Made by a program: the position numbers and the translations under genes. Positions 1 through 13,645 of a stretch of 64,000 nucleotides of DNA are shown piece after piece (within the stretch, counting starts at the first letter, position 1; each line of letters begins with the position of its first letter). The notes beneath the pieces are model-generated. The model searched no databases. It saw nothing but the letters and a program-made list of their open reading frames with translations, and was not told the DNA's origin. The stretch is from Octopus sinensis (lineage: Eukaryota): positions 37,138,001-37,202,000 of the forward strand of contig NC_042997.1 in assembly GCF_006345805.1 (NCBI RefSeq). The letters run 5' to 3'.

Positions 1-411
1 CATAGAAAGGAACACCGAAAGAAACAGGGAGAGAAACTAAAAACCTGTGTGTGAGTGTGCATGTGAGTGTGTGTGTTTTGTATATGTTTTGTCAATGTGT
101 ACAACTAACATAAAAAAGTGAATAAATAGTTACAAGGATAGCAGCAATTCACATAAGTGTAAAGAATATTACGGCCGACTTATAAAGGTATAAATTCCAT
201 AGTTCATTGAAATGTCTTTGTATCATATACATAAATTAAGATATAGAGTTAAAGACAAGTGTTATTCAAATCTTTATACGTCCGACATACGTTCCGAAGT
301 AAACATTGATATTATTCCGGAGATAACAAACTTATGTAGAACCGTGAAATCATATCGACAGGAAAAAAAGAGGAACAACACATCAATAAATCATTTTAAC
401 TGAATGTGATT

Positions 412-803
412 ACCACCTTACGTTACAGGGATGTTTGCAAAAGGGATATGAAGGCCTGCAACATCAATATTAGCGGTTGGGAGGCAGTTGCCAGCAACCG
501 TGGAGAATGGCGACGTACAGTAAAAGAGGGAATACAAAGGAGCGACAGAGAGAGAGAGAGAGGAGAAATGGAAAGAAAGAAAGAGACGTAAACAAGAGAC
601 CATGGCACTACAACCAGCCAGGAACAGTCTTCGCTACATTTGCGGTACCTGCCAGAGGGAGTGTTTTTCCAGGATAGGACTACACAGCCACAGCAGGAAA
701 TGTATCAGGACATGAAATATAAAAGCCGGAGTAGACTACAAAAAAGAAATGCGCAACTCCATTGTCTCCCGAGACAGAAAGGATGCCAATACCAATGCCA
801 ATG
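412..803 (+). mobile_element. 5'-truncated RTE-clade LINE, 3' end
   Basis: Translates LRYRDVCKRDMKACNINISGWEAVASNRGEWRRTVKEG, then (frame from 602) YICGTCQRECFSRIGLHSHSRKC* (C-terminal CxxC..HxxxC finger, stop 713-715); ends in RTE-like 3' UTR ATTGTCTCCCGAGACAGAAAGGATGCC plus short (ATGCCA/ATACCA) repeats. Confidence 0.85.
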
Positions 804-1519
804 ATTACCACCTACTACTTTGCAATTAGTTTAATTACGTTATCTGTACAAATTAATACAATTATATCATGCAAACACAGCCCAGTAATATCTGAGACGA
901 GGAAGAAATATTAAAAGAGCAATGTTATGAGCGTTTGTTTCTCAAAACGGAATTATAATATATGTCACCGGCGTTAATCACATTCGGTTAAAATAGCTTC
1001 TTGGTGTGTTTTGTTTCTCTTTTTCTCCCCCCACCATGGCGAGTGGCGATAAACATTAAATATATACATATATTACATGGAAAAATGTGAACAAGTGAAA
1101 TAATATTCTTAAGATTATATACCTAGAAAAGTACAGGGTAACAAATAAATGTTATACAGGTATGGAAAAGTGGGGTTTTGTAGATTGCACACGCTATAAT
1201 ACTAAACTGAGATACTCTGTACATGAGGAGACCTATGTAATGAAGAACCTGATAAAATAGAGACTAAGTGACTCTGAGTAACCTGTGAATATACAGTATG
1301 GTGCACATGGGATAAATACAAATGGTGGACAGAACACATTCACTGATGTTTTGAGAAAATAATGCATGCTCAGTGGCGAGGAAGAAAGGGTGAGAGAGAC
1401 AGGCAGAGAGAGAAAAAGCGAAGTCTGACGGAGAGAGAAAACTGACAGAGAGAGAGAGAAAGGAGGATTAAAGGAGAAAAATCGAGAAAAGAGGTGAGAA
1501 TCGTAGGCAATAATCAAGT

Positions 1520-1600
1520 GTGCCCCACACATAATAATCAAGGAGGTTTCAGTCTGTGAATTAGGTGGCCAGACGTTAGGAGCGATGTGGTCGCAGAAAT
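1520..1600 (-). mobile_element. Tc1/mariner transposase micro-fragment
   Basis: Minus strand reads FCDHIAPNVWPPNS..; near-duplicate of 1991-2030 in the adjacent element. Confidence 0.7.
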
Positions 1601-1660
1601 ATATGTGTGAGTGTGTGTGTATGTGTGTATGTGTGTGTGTGTGTGTGTGTGAGTGTGTGT

Positions 1661-1692
<32 letters not shown>

Positions 1693-1734
1693 TGTGTGTG
1701 TGTGTGTGTGTGATGTGTTTGTAATACATATATG

Positions 1735-2539
1735 TACCAAAATTACATAAATATATCTTGAAATATTAAAGATTAAATTTATTGAATAAAACGCCACTGG
1801 CTTCAACCACGGCCTCCAGACGACTTCAGAATGTTCTGCATCTTTTTGGGACGTTCTGCTTCTTTACGTTGGAAAATATTGCCATAATTTTTGCCTTCAG
1901 TTTATCTTTGGTGTTACAATGAGTTTTTTTGCCTCTCCCTCAACCACGCGCCACCCATAATAATAAAAACGGTTTTTCATTCTGGGAAGTTAGGTGGCCA
2001 GATGTTAATGGAGATGTGGTCGTAGAAATTGGCTGACAGCCATGACTGGCTTCTCATGCTTGTGTGAAATGGTACAAAGTGGTCCAGTGGTCCAGCAGAC
2101 TCTCTCTTGACACAGATCAGCACTACTTCTTCCAGGCACTTGATGTAGGCTTCGGTGTTGAGATTGAGGCCGTGTGGGAAGATGAATGGAGGCATAATGT
2201 CGCTATCATTAGTGATCACTCCAAACACCATGGTTTTGACTAGATGTTTGACTTTTATCATTCTCGGCACATGCTTTGCGGACATGGCAAACACTCAGAG
2301 TGACAACGAAACACTCTGAAATGTTCGTACCGGAGCTTCCGGCGCGAATGTCAAGCTGTATAGCAATTCGTTTCCAAATTTCTGGCAGAGTGCAAGGTGC
2401 CATGGTGCTGTTCTTCTCACAGACGGTGGCCAGCTAACTCTACTATAGTGTATAGTTGATAAAGTGAAAAAACAAACAATGCGTATGCACGAAATTAAAA
2501 AAATATAAATTAGCGACAATTCACTCATCGCAGACTGTA
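1735..2539 (-). mobile_element. Internally deleted Tc1/mariner DNA transposon
   Basis: TA + CAGTCTGCGATGAGTGAATTGTCGCTAA terminus at 2539; N-terminus MAPCTLPEIWKRIA (2403), catalytic region VFGVITNDSDIMPPFIFPHG..WPPNFP (ORF 1977-2294), decayed C-terminus CNTKDKLKAKIM..RLEAVVEASG. Confidence 0.85.
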
Positions 2540-2546
2540 CATATAT

Positions 2547-2613
<67 letters not shown>

Positions 2614-2616
<3 letters not shown>

Positions 2617-2692
2617 GAGCGCCATACTAATACAATTGTTTGTTTATATTCCACCTGCCTTCGTCTTTTGTTTATTTTCATAAAGCTTCCCG

Positions 2693-2695
<3 letters not shown>
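2614..2695 (+). mobile_element. Probable Penelope-like pseudo-LTR tail fragment between (TA)n tracts
   Basis: CCTGAGCGCCATACTAATAC..TTCCAC..GTCTTTTGTTT resembles, by eye, the tail that follows the hammerhead-like motif on the minus strand at 41845-41915. Confidence 0.4.
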
Positions 2696-2727
<32 letters not shown>

Positions 2728-4287
2728 TGTATGTATGTATACATGTGTGTATGTATACATAGACACACGCTCATATATATATATATATACATACAGAGAG
2801 AGGTAAAAAGCAAATAAATAACAAGTATATCAAAGTACTAGGGCATTACGGCTGTATCAGGCGGCTCCATTTAATCGAACAATACATTATATATATATAT
2901 ACATATTGTGTGCGTATGAGTGTATATGTGTATTTGCGTGTGTCTATACGCCAATGCATGCGTGACGTATACTCAAGTATATATCTAATATAACATTCAT
3001 GACATTTCTTCCAAGTTGCATAATGTAATTCAATATAGACAAATTAACATTTGTAAATTTGTTACGTTCATAGTTTTAAATACCAGTATTCTAAATTCGA
3101 CAGTAATTAACTTGTTATTTTAAGTTATGCCTTTCTGCATACTGAAATTTTTCCACTATTGTATTGCATTCTCAACCAGTAATATATTTTCTATATTCAG
3201 TTCATTAAAATATAATTGCAGCGTTAAAAATCGTGTGTCTTCCGTCGAAGATTTATATATATTTTGTTTCGAGAAATGTAATTAATATCATACTGAAGAT
3301 GTAAATCAATAGAATTAGATACCACTAATTAAGAGTCATTCAATAAATAAATGTATATTAACAATTTCATGAAATTTTCTATTTGCAATAAAATGGAGGA
3401 GAAGGAAGTATAACTGTATATATTTACTGGAATTATGCAAGAGCTTTAATTAAATTTGCCTTAGAATTTGTAATAAATATTTCTGTGTAGATTTTTCTAG
3501 AAATATAGTTCGTAATTGATTAATTTATATAGGAATTTTAAGTATATATTACCAGTAAATATAACAATGTTTTATGTTGATTAAAATAATTGATAATCAT
3601 CCCAGTTTCTTTTACCATTTGAAAAGTTGGCATTCAGTTTAACTATTTCGGATTCAATAGCTATTTATACAGCAATCTGAAGAAGCATTTGTATTTATGG
3701 ACGTAAAGCTGAGAGCTTATGACATTCTAAATAACAATATATCCAAGGTATTTTAATAAATGTCAAAAATCCTTCTTCTTGATATATACTTAATTTAGCA
3801 TGCCATTTATGTCAGGTGTAAAGTAAATATGTGAACTCGATCTATTAGGTATATTTCCGTTGAAAATGTGTTTAAAAAAGTAATCGAAACAAAACTATAT
3901 TTACATACACATAGAGAAAATATATGGTACAAAACATGCTTATCATATTCATATTTGGAAGAAATTTCTTATTTTCAATTGTTAGTGTAACTAAGAATCA
4001 CATAATATTTTTAAATTTTTAACTATGTGTGTATAAATAAATAAATAAATATGTATGTGTAGAAGGGTGAAAAGTAACACGTAAGTTGATATGTATAAGG
4101 AAAATAAGACAAGGTAGAAAATGCTAAAATAATTTTATCACGAAATACATTTTGTAAAGGTTAGTACCGGTTTCAGTCATTTCAACATTTTAAAATAAGA
4201 AAAACAATTAAATGGAAGAAAAAATTAAATGAATTTTTTTGGAAATATTTCTATAGTCTTCAGATAAGTTGGTAATATTCTCTGTTC

Positions 4288-4335
<48 letters not shown>

Positions 4336-4336
<1 letters not shown>

Positions 4337-5592
4337 TTTGTGAAGGCTCGGTAGAGAGTTGCAGATCTGAAGAAATAGTGTTTATGGGTGCAGAGAAATG
4401 TTTGGGTCTTAAGTTTGATGATTTAAGCAGCAGCGGCCGAAGAAGAGAAGAAGAAGAAGAAGAAGAAGAAGAAGAAGAAGAAGAGAAGAAGAAGAAGAAG
4501 AAGAAGAAGAAGAAGAAGAAGAAGACGTGTATGGTATGTCCCACTAGTAGATCTGTCCGTGGAATCTTCTCTCATGATCAAGTGACCTAAATGTGATCTG
4601 TTGCGGTTGTAGAAGTTGTGGTCGGAACTGTCGGAAATAAATTCGTGGGTAGCGACTGTTCTTAATATATCTTTCGTTTTTTTTTATATTTGCGTGAGTA
4701 TTATTCTAAGATCATTTTACTAGTATCGCTTGTGATGGGAGCATTCAAAAGAGGTTTATATTTTGCGATGAAATATGATTCTTTGCTAATGCACTGATTA
4801 TGCGTAGCATTGCTCCAGAATTTAGAGAGGGAAAAATTCTAAAATATGTATGTTAATTAGTGACGCAAATCTCCATGTGGTCACTTAGAGCTATTTTTGT
4901 GTATTACCGTATTTTAAACGGGAATGCATGTCCGGTCATTCTCTGTCCTGGACTGTTTTTAGTTTGTCCAATGTATTGCTCTCGACACCCTAAGCAAGTT
5001 AATATATCAATTAGATTTTCCAAAGCACACGTGCGAATTTTTCTTTCAATTTAAAACTTTGACCCTGTTTGAAGGAGAACTCCGATCCCTCAATTAGGTT
5101 AACGCATATACCACAGACAGTTTCGATGTCGTTGAAGAGTGTACTTGGGCTTGTGTTAGAAAAGTTTTCTAAAGAATGGTGTCGAAGTCTTCATTGTTTA
5201 GGCGGTGGTGCGTGGATATGTATGGTAGGGCTTTTAGTCGTAATTCATTCTTTAGTTTAGGATATCTGTCGAGACTGCTGAGTTGTAGGGCACGTTGAAA
5301 ACCTATATCATTTAGTGATGGTGGGCAATTCCTACAGATGAGTGCATCGTTTAACTTGTGTAGGCGTGTGTTATTGGTGCTTGTATCAGATACTTCATTT
5401 CTTTCTTCTTCCTTTTCTTTCCCCTTTCTTCTTCTTCTTCTCCTTCTTCTCCTTCTCCACTTTCTTCTCCTTTTTCAGCATCTTCTTCAGCTGCTGCTGC
5501 TTAAACAATCAAACTTCAGAGTCAAACATTTCTCTACACGCATAAAGACGATTTCTTTAGATCTGCTACTACCTACCGAGCCTTCACGAAAG
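4336..5592 (-). mobile_element. 5'-truncated Penelope-like element (GIY-YIG region) flanked by inverted pseudo-LTR copies
   Basis: Minus strand of ~4600-5395 aligns by eye with the GIY-YIG copy at 63120-64000 (e.g. GGGATCGGAGTTCTCCTTCAAACAGGG, GGGTGTCGAGAGCAATACATTGGACAAAC); ~110-bp inverted arms at 4336-4445 and 5483-5592, each adjoining a (GAA)/(CTT) tract. Confidence 0.8.
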
Positions 5593-5791
5593 AAAATTGA
5601 GATAGACAGAAAAAGGAAAATATCCTACATATTTGAAGGCTATGAAAATAATTTACAACACCTTTCATTTAAATTTTTTATTCATTTTAATTGTTTTCCT
5701 TATTTGACTCTCAGTCGAAAAAAGTCGAAAAGTCTGAAACCGATACTAAACTTTACAAAATGTATTTCATGATAAAATTATTTCAGCATTT

Positions 5792-5827
<36 letters not shown>

Positions 5828-6540
5828 CACAGAGGTGTGTACATGCGTCGAAGTTTGTGTGTTTTTGTATGAGTGTGTATCATTTTGTCTTTTGTCATGT
5901 CATTTTCTTTATATACATGCATCAATTCGGTAGAAATTATTCTTACATTTTCTCTTCAATAATATGCATGCTCCGCACTATACCATACAATTGTATACTC
6001 AAAATGAATTTAAAACTAAGTCGTCAGACCAGAAGAATATCATGGTTACACCAACGATTGTATTGGTGAGATAATGTATTTACTTTTCTGTTATCTATAA
6101 AAGATGAAAGAAAGATGCACTGGAATATTGATGAGAAACATTTTTCACAACTTTCGTAATGAATTGCAGTTGATTTCCTAAAATATAAATATATATCCTC
6201 ACGCGCGCGAACGCGAGCACGTTTGTTTGCTTCCTAATATTAAAAATTATTTCTTTCCTTACGATACATGTCGTTTGGCATAAAATTATTTTGTTGCATG
6301 CTTTTCATGAAAAGATTATCAAAATTATGCTAACCACTAATAGGAGGCATAATTTGTATCCACTTATGTACGTAGATATAATATGGAGTCGAAATCGGTC
6401 ACGTCTTCATTTCGCATCCAACAAAACGTAAAAAATAACACTTAGGAAACTTCCACTATTTTTTTGTCAATTCTTTTGCAATAATCTCCCTCCTAACATT
6501 TAGGTGTATAATCATGGATATCATTATACATGTATGCATG

Positions 6541-6589
<49 letters not shown>

Positions 6590-6609
6590 TTATATATTCT
6601 TTTATTATT

Positions 6610-7219
6610 TTGCAACTTTCAGTCATGTTGAATGTGGCCATGCTACAGAGCTGCGTTTTATTCGAAGAAATCGACCCCAGGACTTTTTCTTAGTAATACT
6701 GGTACTTATTCTATCGGTATCTTTTGCCGACCTGCTACGTTGTGTTGACGTAAACACACTAACAGTGGTTGTCAATCGATGGTGGGGGACCAAATACAGA
6801 CACATACACAGGAACATATACACACACACACACAAACGCGCAGACACACACAATCACACACACACATATAGATATATAAATATAATCAAAATAAGCAATA
6901 GGTATCAAGCGGCTCCACTTAATTGAACAATTACATCAATTTAAATGCAGTGTCATCTTCCGCTGTACAAATATTTAAATATAATTTTAAAAAGTCGAAC
7001 ACTTACTATAATTTTTTTCACATATTTTAACAGAGCAAGAATATATATATATATATATATATATATGACGGGCTTCCTTCAGTTTCCATCCACTTAAAAG
7101 GCTTTGATCGCCCCGAGGCTATAGTAGAAAGCACTTTCCAAGATGCCACGCGATGTGGCAGGACCCCGAACCATACGGTTGGGAAGGAAGCTGCTTAGGA
7201 CACAACCACGCCTGCGCCC
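6610..7219 (-). mobile_element. Diverged tRNA-derived SINE interrupted by microsatellite/insert
   Basis: Body 6610-6860 and head 7065-7219 both align with the better copy at 8948-9370. Confidence 0.75.
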
Positions 7220-8433
7220 ATATATATGTTATATATGTACATATTTATATAATTGTCGCTAGTTATAATATCAGTGCTGTACTGTCTATAGATATAGATT
7301 GTAGCTCATAAATAACGCAACCATTGACATATATTTAGCTTTCATATAGTAAGATATAGAACCAGAAGCATTGTACAACTTGCAAATTCGGGAAAGCAAA
7401 TTCTATTAGAAATGACATATATTCCAGTGTTAGGTAGCAGGAAAATTTCAATAACAAACTGATTGTATGCATAAAATTCTCATGAATAATCTCCAAAGTT
7501 TCAGTCTATTGTATTTATCATATCTTAGTCAATACAAAATCTATAGACGCTTGGTTTCCAACAAATCAAGTTCAATAAGCGCAATAGAACAAAATGTGTA
7601 ACTGATCCTATGTCGAGAATACAGCTCACTTCTTTCTACAGCTGTACGGTATCACCTACTTAGTAACGTCATACAGTTATGTACTTAGAAAACATTACTA
7701 CCTCCCACTAAATTCCACACTGCACATGTTTCGGAATCTGGTGCATCACCAGTGATGTACCAGAAATACACTTTCCGCTCCAGAACAATGATACCTGTGA
7801 CTAGAAGTCTCATTAAATAGAAAGAGCATTCACAAAATGACAAGATACTGATAGATATAGCCATGAATTTCACTCTGAAATACAGCATGAAAGCATTTGG
7901 TAAAAGTACTACACATGCACTCATGCACTTTTTTTTTTTTCACGCACATTTCATGTTAAATGACACATGTTACTGTAGGAATGTTCTGAAAATATAGACA
8001 TGTATTTGTATGAGTAAAAATCAAAATTTTATTTTATTTATTATAAGCCCGTATATCAAGAAGGCTGTTTTAAGATCTACAAACAGTTATTCATTTATTT
8101 ATTCATTTGCCATACCTGCATACGAATTTCAATGTAACCATCATCTCTGATGAAAAAATTCCGTAAAATCCATTAAATTGTTTTTGTTTTAAATATGGTT
8201 CAGAAGAACAAAATATATTTTAGTTTTTATATAACATCGGTACATCTAGACAGAAAGACATTTTCAGACGTTAGTCATTACAAAGTATATATTTCACATG
8301 TGGGAGGGGCTTTCTTGCCCGGATTGGCCTCACCAGCCACCTCCGGTCTCATAGCAGCAATTCCACTAAATGATGTCAATGGTCATCTTCGAACCCGAAG
8401 GACGAACATTATTATTATATATTTCATGGTATA

Positions 8434-8834
8434 TCTTTATATATAAAAGTCAAGTTGTGTGTCTGTCTCCTACGATTTAGATTCCTAACTACTCCCACAT
8501 TTTGCAGTGCAGTTTAACCAAAACCGGGTATCTTATAGTCGTGATTCATATCGAGCCCTTCTGGGTATTAGCGCGCGTCTACGATAGGTCTACGATTTAA
8601 AACAAAAATTACCATAATTTGTTTCCATTTTAATGCATTCTTTTCGATATTATATAAGGGAAGTAACTCTCTAAAAATGTCTACGATGAGTCAACGATTT
8701 AAGAAAAAAATGACCATCATTTTTTTTTTCCATTTTAATGCATTTTCTTTGCTATTTTTTGGCTATAACTCTCTAAGAATGCTTATATAGTTATTTCCCT
8801 TACAAACACGAGCAACGCCGAGCGATACTGCTAG
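8434..8834 (+). mobile_element. Non-autonomous Helitron (~400 bp)
   Basis: 5' TC(TTTATATATAAAAG) after A, 3' subterminal hairpin (ACACGAGCAACGCCGAGCG) and CTAG followed by T; second copy at 28832-29227. Confidence 0.8.
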
Positions 8835-8947
8835 TCAAACAATAAATGTCTAAGCTTCCGTGCAAACTAAGAGATTGTGACATGACCTAGAATTTAGTGA
8901 ATAGTAGAGGTAGACTAAAAGGAATCAAATACAACTGAAGGGGATTA

Positions 8948-9370
8948 TACTCTTTACTCTCTTTTACTCTTTTACTTGTTTCAGTCATTTGACTGCGGCC
9001 ACGCTGGAGCACCGCCTTTAGTCGAGCAAACCGACCCCGGGACTTATTCTTTGAAAGCCCAGTACTTATTCTATCGGTCTCTTTTGCCGAACCGCTAAGT
9101 AACGGGGACGTAAACACACCAGCATCAGTTGTCAAGCAATGCTAGGGGGACAAACACAGACACACAAACATATACACACACACTTATATATACATATACA
9201 TATATACGACAGGCTTCTTTCAGTTTCCGTCTACCAAATCCACTCACAAGGTATTGGTCGGCCCGAGGCTATAGCAGAAGACAGTTGCCCAAGATGCCAC
9301 GCAGTGGGGCTGAACCTGGAACCATATGGTTGGTTAGCAAGCTACTTACCACACAGCCACTCCTGCGCCT
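8948..9370 (-). mobile_element. tRNA-derived SINE, full length
   Basis: Minus-strand head AGGCGCAGGAGTGGCTGTGTGGTAAG (A box) .. GGTTCAGCCCC (B-box-like), internal (CA)/(TA) tract, short-repeat tail; other copies at 6.6-7.2 and 34.5 kb. Confidence 0.85.
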
Positions 9371-10690
9371 AATATACTTTATGAAACAATCATCCCCAGA
9401 CATTAGAAAACCGGTACATCAGGATATATCGTGTCATGGGCTTGCAAATTGATTGTTCCAAATGGAAAACATGACTCAGTTTATGAAAAGCAAGCTATAA
9501 AATAATACAATTTTCAAATAGTTCATTCACTTAAAACAGTCATGAAACAGAAGGTTAAGAGCACTAGTACACAACATATAAAAACATATAAATTCCTGTT
9601 TGAGGCGACGTATCCTACTTTGTGCAACAGCGTAGAAGAGGTAGACAATTCTATAAAATGTCACTTTGGTTAACTTCATTTATATATGAGATAATCTTAA
9701 TCTTTTATTGCATTTGTTTCAACATTCATGTTAAAACGATTTGATTTACGCCAAATCGCAATACTTTCATTTAAACACTCGTAGACATTTGGTATCACTT
9801 CTTATTTATTTTTGTTTGATTTTTGCTTTCTTTATTAAAATCAATATGATGTTTGTTTTAGCCTTCAATGCAAGTCTCTTCGTTATCGTACGACGTAATA
9901 ACACCAAACAATTGTCTCATGCCAGCATTGATATATCCATGGCTTTCTAACACGCATCCGCGTACACACACACATGAACACCAACGCTCACACCTCCCCC
10001 ACATGAACACCCACGCTCACACACACCCACATAACATGAGAGAAATTTCAAATCGTACACAACCATGTACGTTATTTGTTTGAAAGCCTTATCCTTGGAG
10101 GTTCAAAGTGCTAATTATTTTCAACTAAATTTACATGACGAAGGTTTACTCATCAGAACGCTAAGTTATTATATCTTAGATTTTGAAAGTAAGTGATGTT
10201 AACTATATGATTATGCGTGGGATCTCATTAAAGACTCTGACTCTATTTTCTCCAACGCCCACATCAAAGCTGAATTATGTGATCTCACGGTTACAAATCA
10301 TCCACCGTTACAAACCATCCAAATGTGGTGACTTCTGTTACGAAATCACACAAAATTTGGCCCACAGTTTTCACAAAACTGGAAATCACATCGTATAGCA
10401 ACATTGCAACACAGATGGTTTACCATTGTGTACATTTGATATGTTTAAGTAAGCAAAAAAGGAAAAACTTCCATAACTTTCAAACGATACAAAAATGCAA
10501 CACAAACCACAGATAATTCGATATATCATTGTGAAACTTAACTCCCAGGTGGACAATAATGGCCCAAAGTTATGTTTGTTCAAGTTTATCCACACACACA
10601 CACACACACACACACTCCTATAAGTGTGTGTGTGTATACATATATACATTTATATATATATATATGTGTGTATATATATACGTTATATAC

Positions 10691-10728
<38 letters not shown>

Positions 10729-10794
10729 ATACATATAGATGCATATATATATATATATATATAGATATTTTATATGCATATATATCATATGTGT

Positions 10795-11015
10795 GAAGGC
10801 GTGTGACCTAGTTGCTAGGTTGTTGCACTCGATCGTTCGATTCCCCTGTGGTCGTGTTGTGGTTTTGAGCAAAACACTGCATTTCACGTTGCTCTAGTCT
10901 CTATTTCGATGTAGTGGCAGGAACATTGGCCTAGCCCTCTAGCCGGTGGAATGGCGTGACTGCAATGCAAAGCGAATTGTGACCAGTGATGTGTAACAAC
11001 ATTTCCGATTGATCA
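10795..11015 (+). mobile_element. Diverged tRNA-derived SINE
   Basis: GAAGGCGTGTGACCTAGTTGCTAGG..GTTCGATTCCC..TTGAGCAAAACACTGCATTTCACGTTGCTC matches the minus copy at 29.3-29.5 kb. Confidence 0.75.
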
Positions 11016-11850
11016 CATGATCATATTCTATATTATAGCTGTTTGTGTATGTCTATAGCTAGAGTCCAGGTAAGATTGCTTCTTTTGACGAAATGTTAAT
11101 AGGTGTATACAATAAGTGCTCAGATAGATTTACCACCTAAAGCTCCAACTTGATCTGCGACAAATTGGTGCTGTAGCTACATTAAAATGAATGGTTATAC
11201 GTTGTTTATAATTCAATGGATACATGTTCAGTTGCAAGAATGGATGCACGCGCAAACAGTTCTATTGTAGCAACACTACAATTTCCTTTAGATACATGAA
11301 TTCCATGCTCTAAGCCTATATAATGTGTTTGCCCGTTAACTTTTTTCTTTTATTGCGTGGCGATTATAATTCCAATAAATCATTCCCCGTTCTGTAGATA
11401 GGGGAATGGCCCGTAGATATATACGTTAGCTGCTATTGTTCAATAAGCAAAATCCGAAACTAATCACACGTTGCCCTTTGGAAAAGCATAACATCCGTCT
11501 GCCACACTCTCAGGGTCACACTGATATCCTAAAACTCTGTAAAGATTGCGAATGGCAGTAGAGAATGAAACGCAAGGCATAAAAATTAATTTGATAGCAC
11601 TGGATTTCTTTCCACTTCGCAGAACGTATTAGTTATAGGTATCTATATCTAAAACAAACAGCCAACTTTTCTGGCACTGTAATTTTCGATAGGACCTGTG
11701 AACATAGACGAGGAATTAACGATTGAAAGGTATTCCCTAGCTCGCGTTACCTTCCGAATCTAAATACGTATCTCACGTCACGCAGTCAAAGAAGGAGTAC
11801 GTTCTGCTGTGCTCTTGGTTATGGCTTATTGTTAAAAAAATCACCTACAG

Positions 11851-12236
11851 AACCTGGAAGCACTCCGTCGGTTACGACGATGAGGGTTCCGGTTGATCCG
11901 ACCAACGGAACAGCCTGCTCGTGAAATTAATGTGTAAGTGGCTGAGCACTCCACAGACACGTGTACCCTTAACGTAGTTATCGGGGATATTCAGCGTGAC
12001 ACAGAGAGTGACAAGGCCGGCCCTTTGAAATACAGGTACAACAGAAACGGGAAGTAAGAGTGAGAGAAAGTTGTGGTGAAAGAGTACAGCAGGGATCACC
12101 ACCATCCCCTGCCGGAGCCTCGTGGAGCTTTAGGTGTTTTCGCTCAATAAACACTCACAACGCCCGGTCTGGGAGTCGAAACTGCGATCCTACGACCGGG
12201 AGTCCGCTACCCTAACCACTGGGCCATTGCGCCTCC
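11851..12236 (-). mobile_element. tRNA-derived SINE, well preserved
   Basis: Head GGAGGCGCAATGGCCCAGTGGTTAGGG..GTTTCGACTCCC (A and B boxes); tail shared with 18124-18422 and 13230-13360. Confidence 0.85.
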
Positions 12237-12559
12237 AGAACCAAACACAAATATTTGAAGTACACGCAAAATTCACTTGCCTCCGAGGTGTAAGGCAAGG
12301 CCGAATATTGAAAAGTGATGTGAGATAGGATTGATGAAACTGAAGTGAGAGATATCCGCCACTTCACTTCATGATATCAGCCCCAACGTATTTTTCTGCA
12401 GAAGGATATCTCGTAGATGTTGGATGATTCTCTTAGTTAGCAGCAGAATGCCTAAAATATAAAGGCCCGCAAAGAGTATATTTAAGACATAAATTATGTT
12501 AGTTGAGATATAAGAATGTATCCCAAATGTGAGCAGTGTGTTGGATAGTTCTAGTGAGG

Positions 12560-12781
12560 AGGTTGTGTTGATGATGAAAGGTCAAGTCCAAGATGGGTGA
12601 GAGTGGGGATGGGAGGTAACTACGGAGAAGTAGGACGCGCAAATTTCGGGCGCATTTGAAGGAGGGAAACGGGGGGTGCTAGGATCTGATGTGCGAAGTC
12701 CGAAGGATTTTCCGACGAAGAAGTAGAGTAAAATGTTGAAATGGAAGGGAAAGGGGCTGCGATTGCCAGAAGGGTGCATAT

Positions 12782-12820
<39 letters not shown>

Positions 12821-13010
12821 AGACGTGATCAATCTTCCGGACACGGATAAGGGTAGCATGGGCAAGGATGGAGAAATATCCACAATTAGTGAAGTGATGA
12901 ACGAAATATTGATATTGAGTTTCTAAATCCTGGCCATGGTTACTCAGACGTGGAACACGGAGAAGCAAGAAGTAGAGGAGGGCTCCTTTAGTCTTGGAGT
13001 TTGAGGAGAG
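12560..13010 (-). mobile_element. Decayed Penelope-like RT C-terminal/linker fragment
   Basis: Frameshifted peptides LRVPRLSNHGQDLETQYQYFVHHFTNCGY, RTSDPST and PSFKCARNLRVLL resemble Penelope RT thumb/linker motifs (LRLRRLCS..RGY; FKRARNLRDLL). Confidence 0.6.
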
Positions 13011-13229
13011 GAATGTTCGTGTTAGAGACGGGAACCAGTAGGATTCGTGAAAGAGACACATAAACATATATCACGATCAGAGAGAAAGACAGAATTATAA
13101 TGTGAGAGATAGAGGGGAAAACAGAATTATATAGTGAGAGAGAGAGAGAGAAAGAGAGAGGGAGGTAGAGAGTTAGAGAGAGAGGGAGAGAGAGAGAGAT
13201 CTTCTCGGTCACATTTTTCGAACATGATT

Positions 13230-13360
13230 CTGCTGTTCGATCAGCTGAACGACCATGTTCAGTGAACCGGAGTGGATGTAGTTGAGCTTTCTAGCGACAT
13301 GTTTGTCTCAAATCTAACCAGCGTGACACACTGTAACAAGGCAGGAAATTTGAATCCTAG
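13230..13360 (-). mobile_element. SINE tail fragment
   Basis: AGCGTGACACACTGTAACAAGGC and GTTCGATCAGCTGAACG resemble the tail of 11851-12236. Confidence 0.5.
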
Positions 13361-13553
13361 GCTTATGCCACCTGTCTTCTTAATAATCCATTCATACGTT
13401 ATGGCTGACCATTATGCTATAGAAAATTACACACATTCAAGTTACATCGATGTAAATTGGGATTAAATAGCTAATGCATGCGAATCGAACATCTTACGCA
13501 TTGTTTCAAACTAGATCTATATGCGTGTGTTCGTGTTTGTGTCAGCATGCATG

Positions 13554-13645
<92 letters not shown>

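Noticed and set aside
4360-4415. CTGAAGA..GAAA..TC in the left inverted arm
   Set aside because: No convincing stems I/III, antisense to the Penelope body, and the right arm reads CTAAAGA.
4540-4592. Possible decayed hammerhead in the Penelope 3' region (TTGATCA..CGGAC AGATCT)
   Set aside because: Several core positions are changed; cannot be supported without a consensus.
7700-7800. Minus-strand open segment IIVLERKVYFWYITGDAPDSETCAVWNLVG with AG/GT-like ends
   Set aside because: No recognisable homology, weak donor, no partner exons.
11464-11536. Strong minus-strand acceptor followed by VLGYQCDPESVADGCYAFPKGNV*
   Set aside because: Short, unrecognised and without supporting exons; compatible with chance.
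12265-12315. KFTCLRGVRQGRIL, reminiscent of the RT GVRQG motif
   Set aside because: Isolated 14 residues with no flanking RT motifs.
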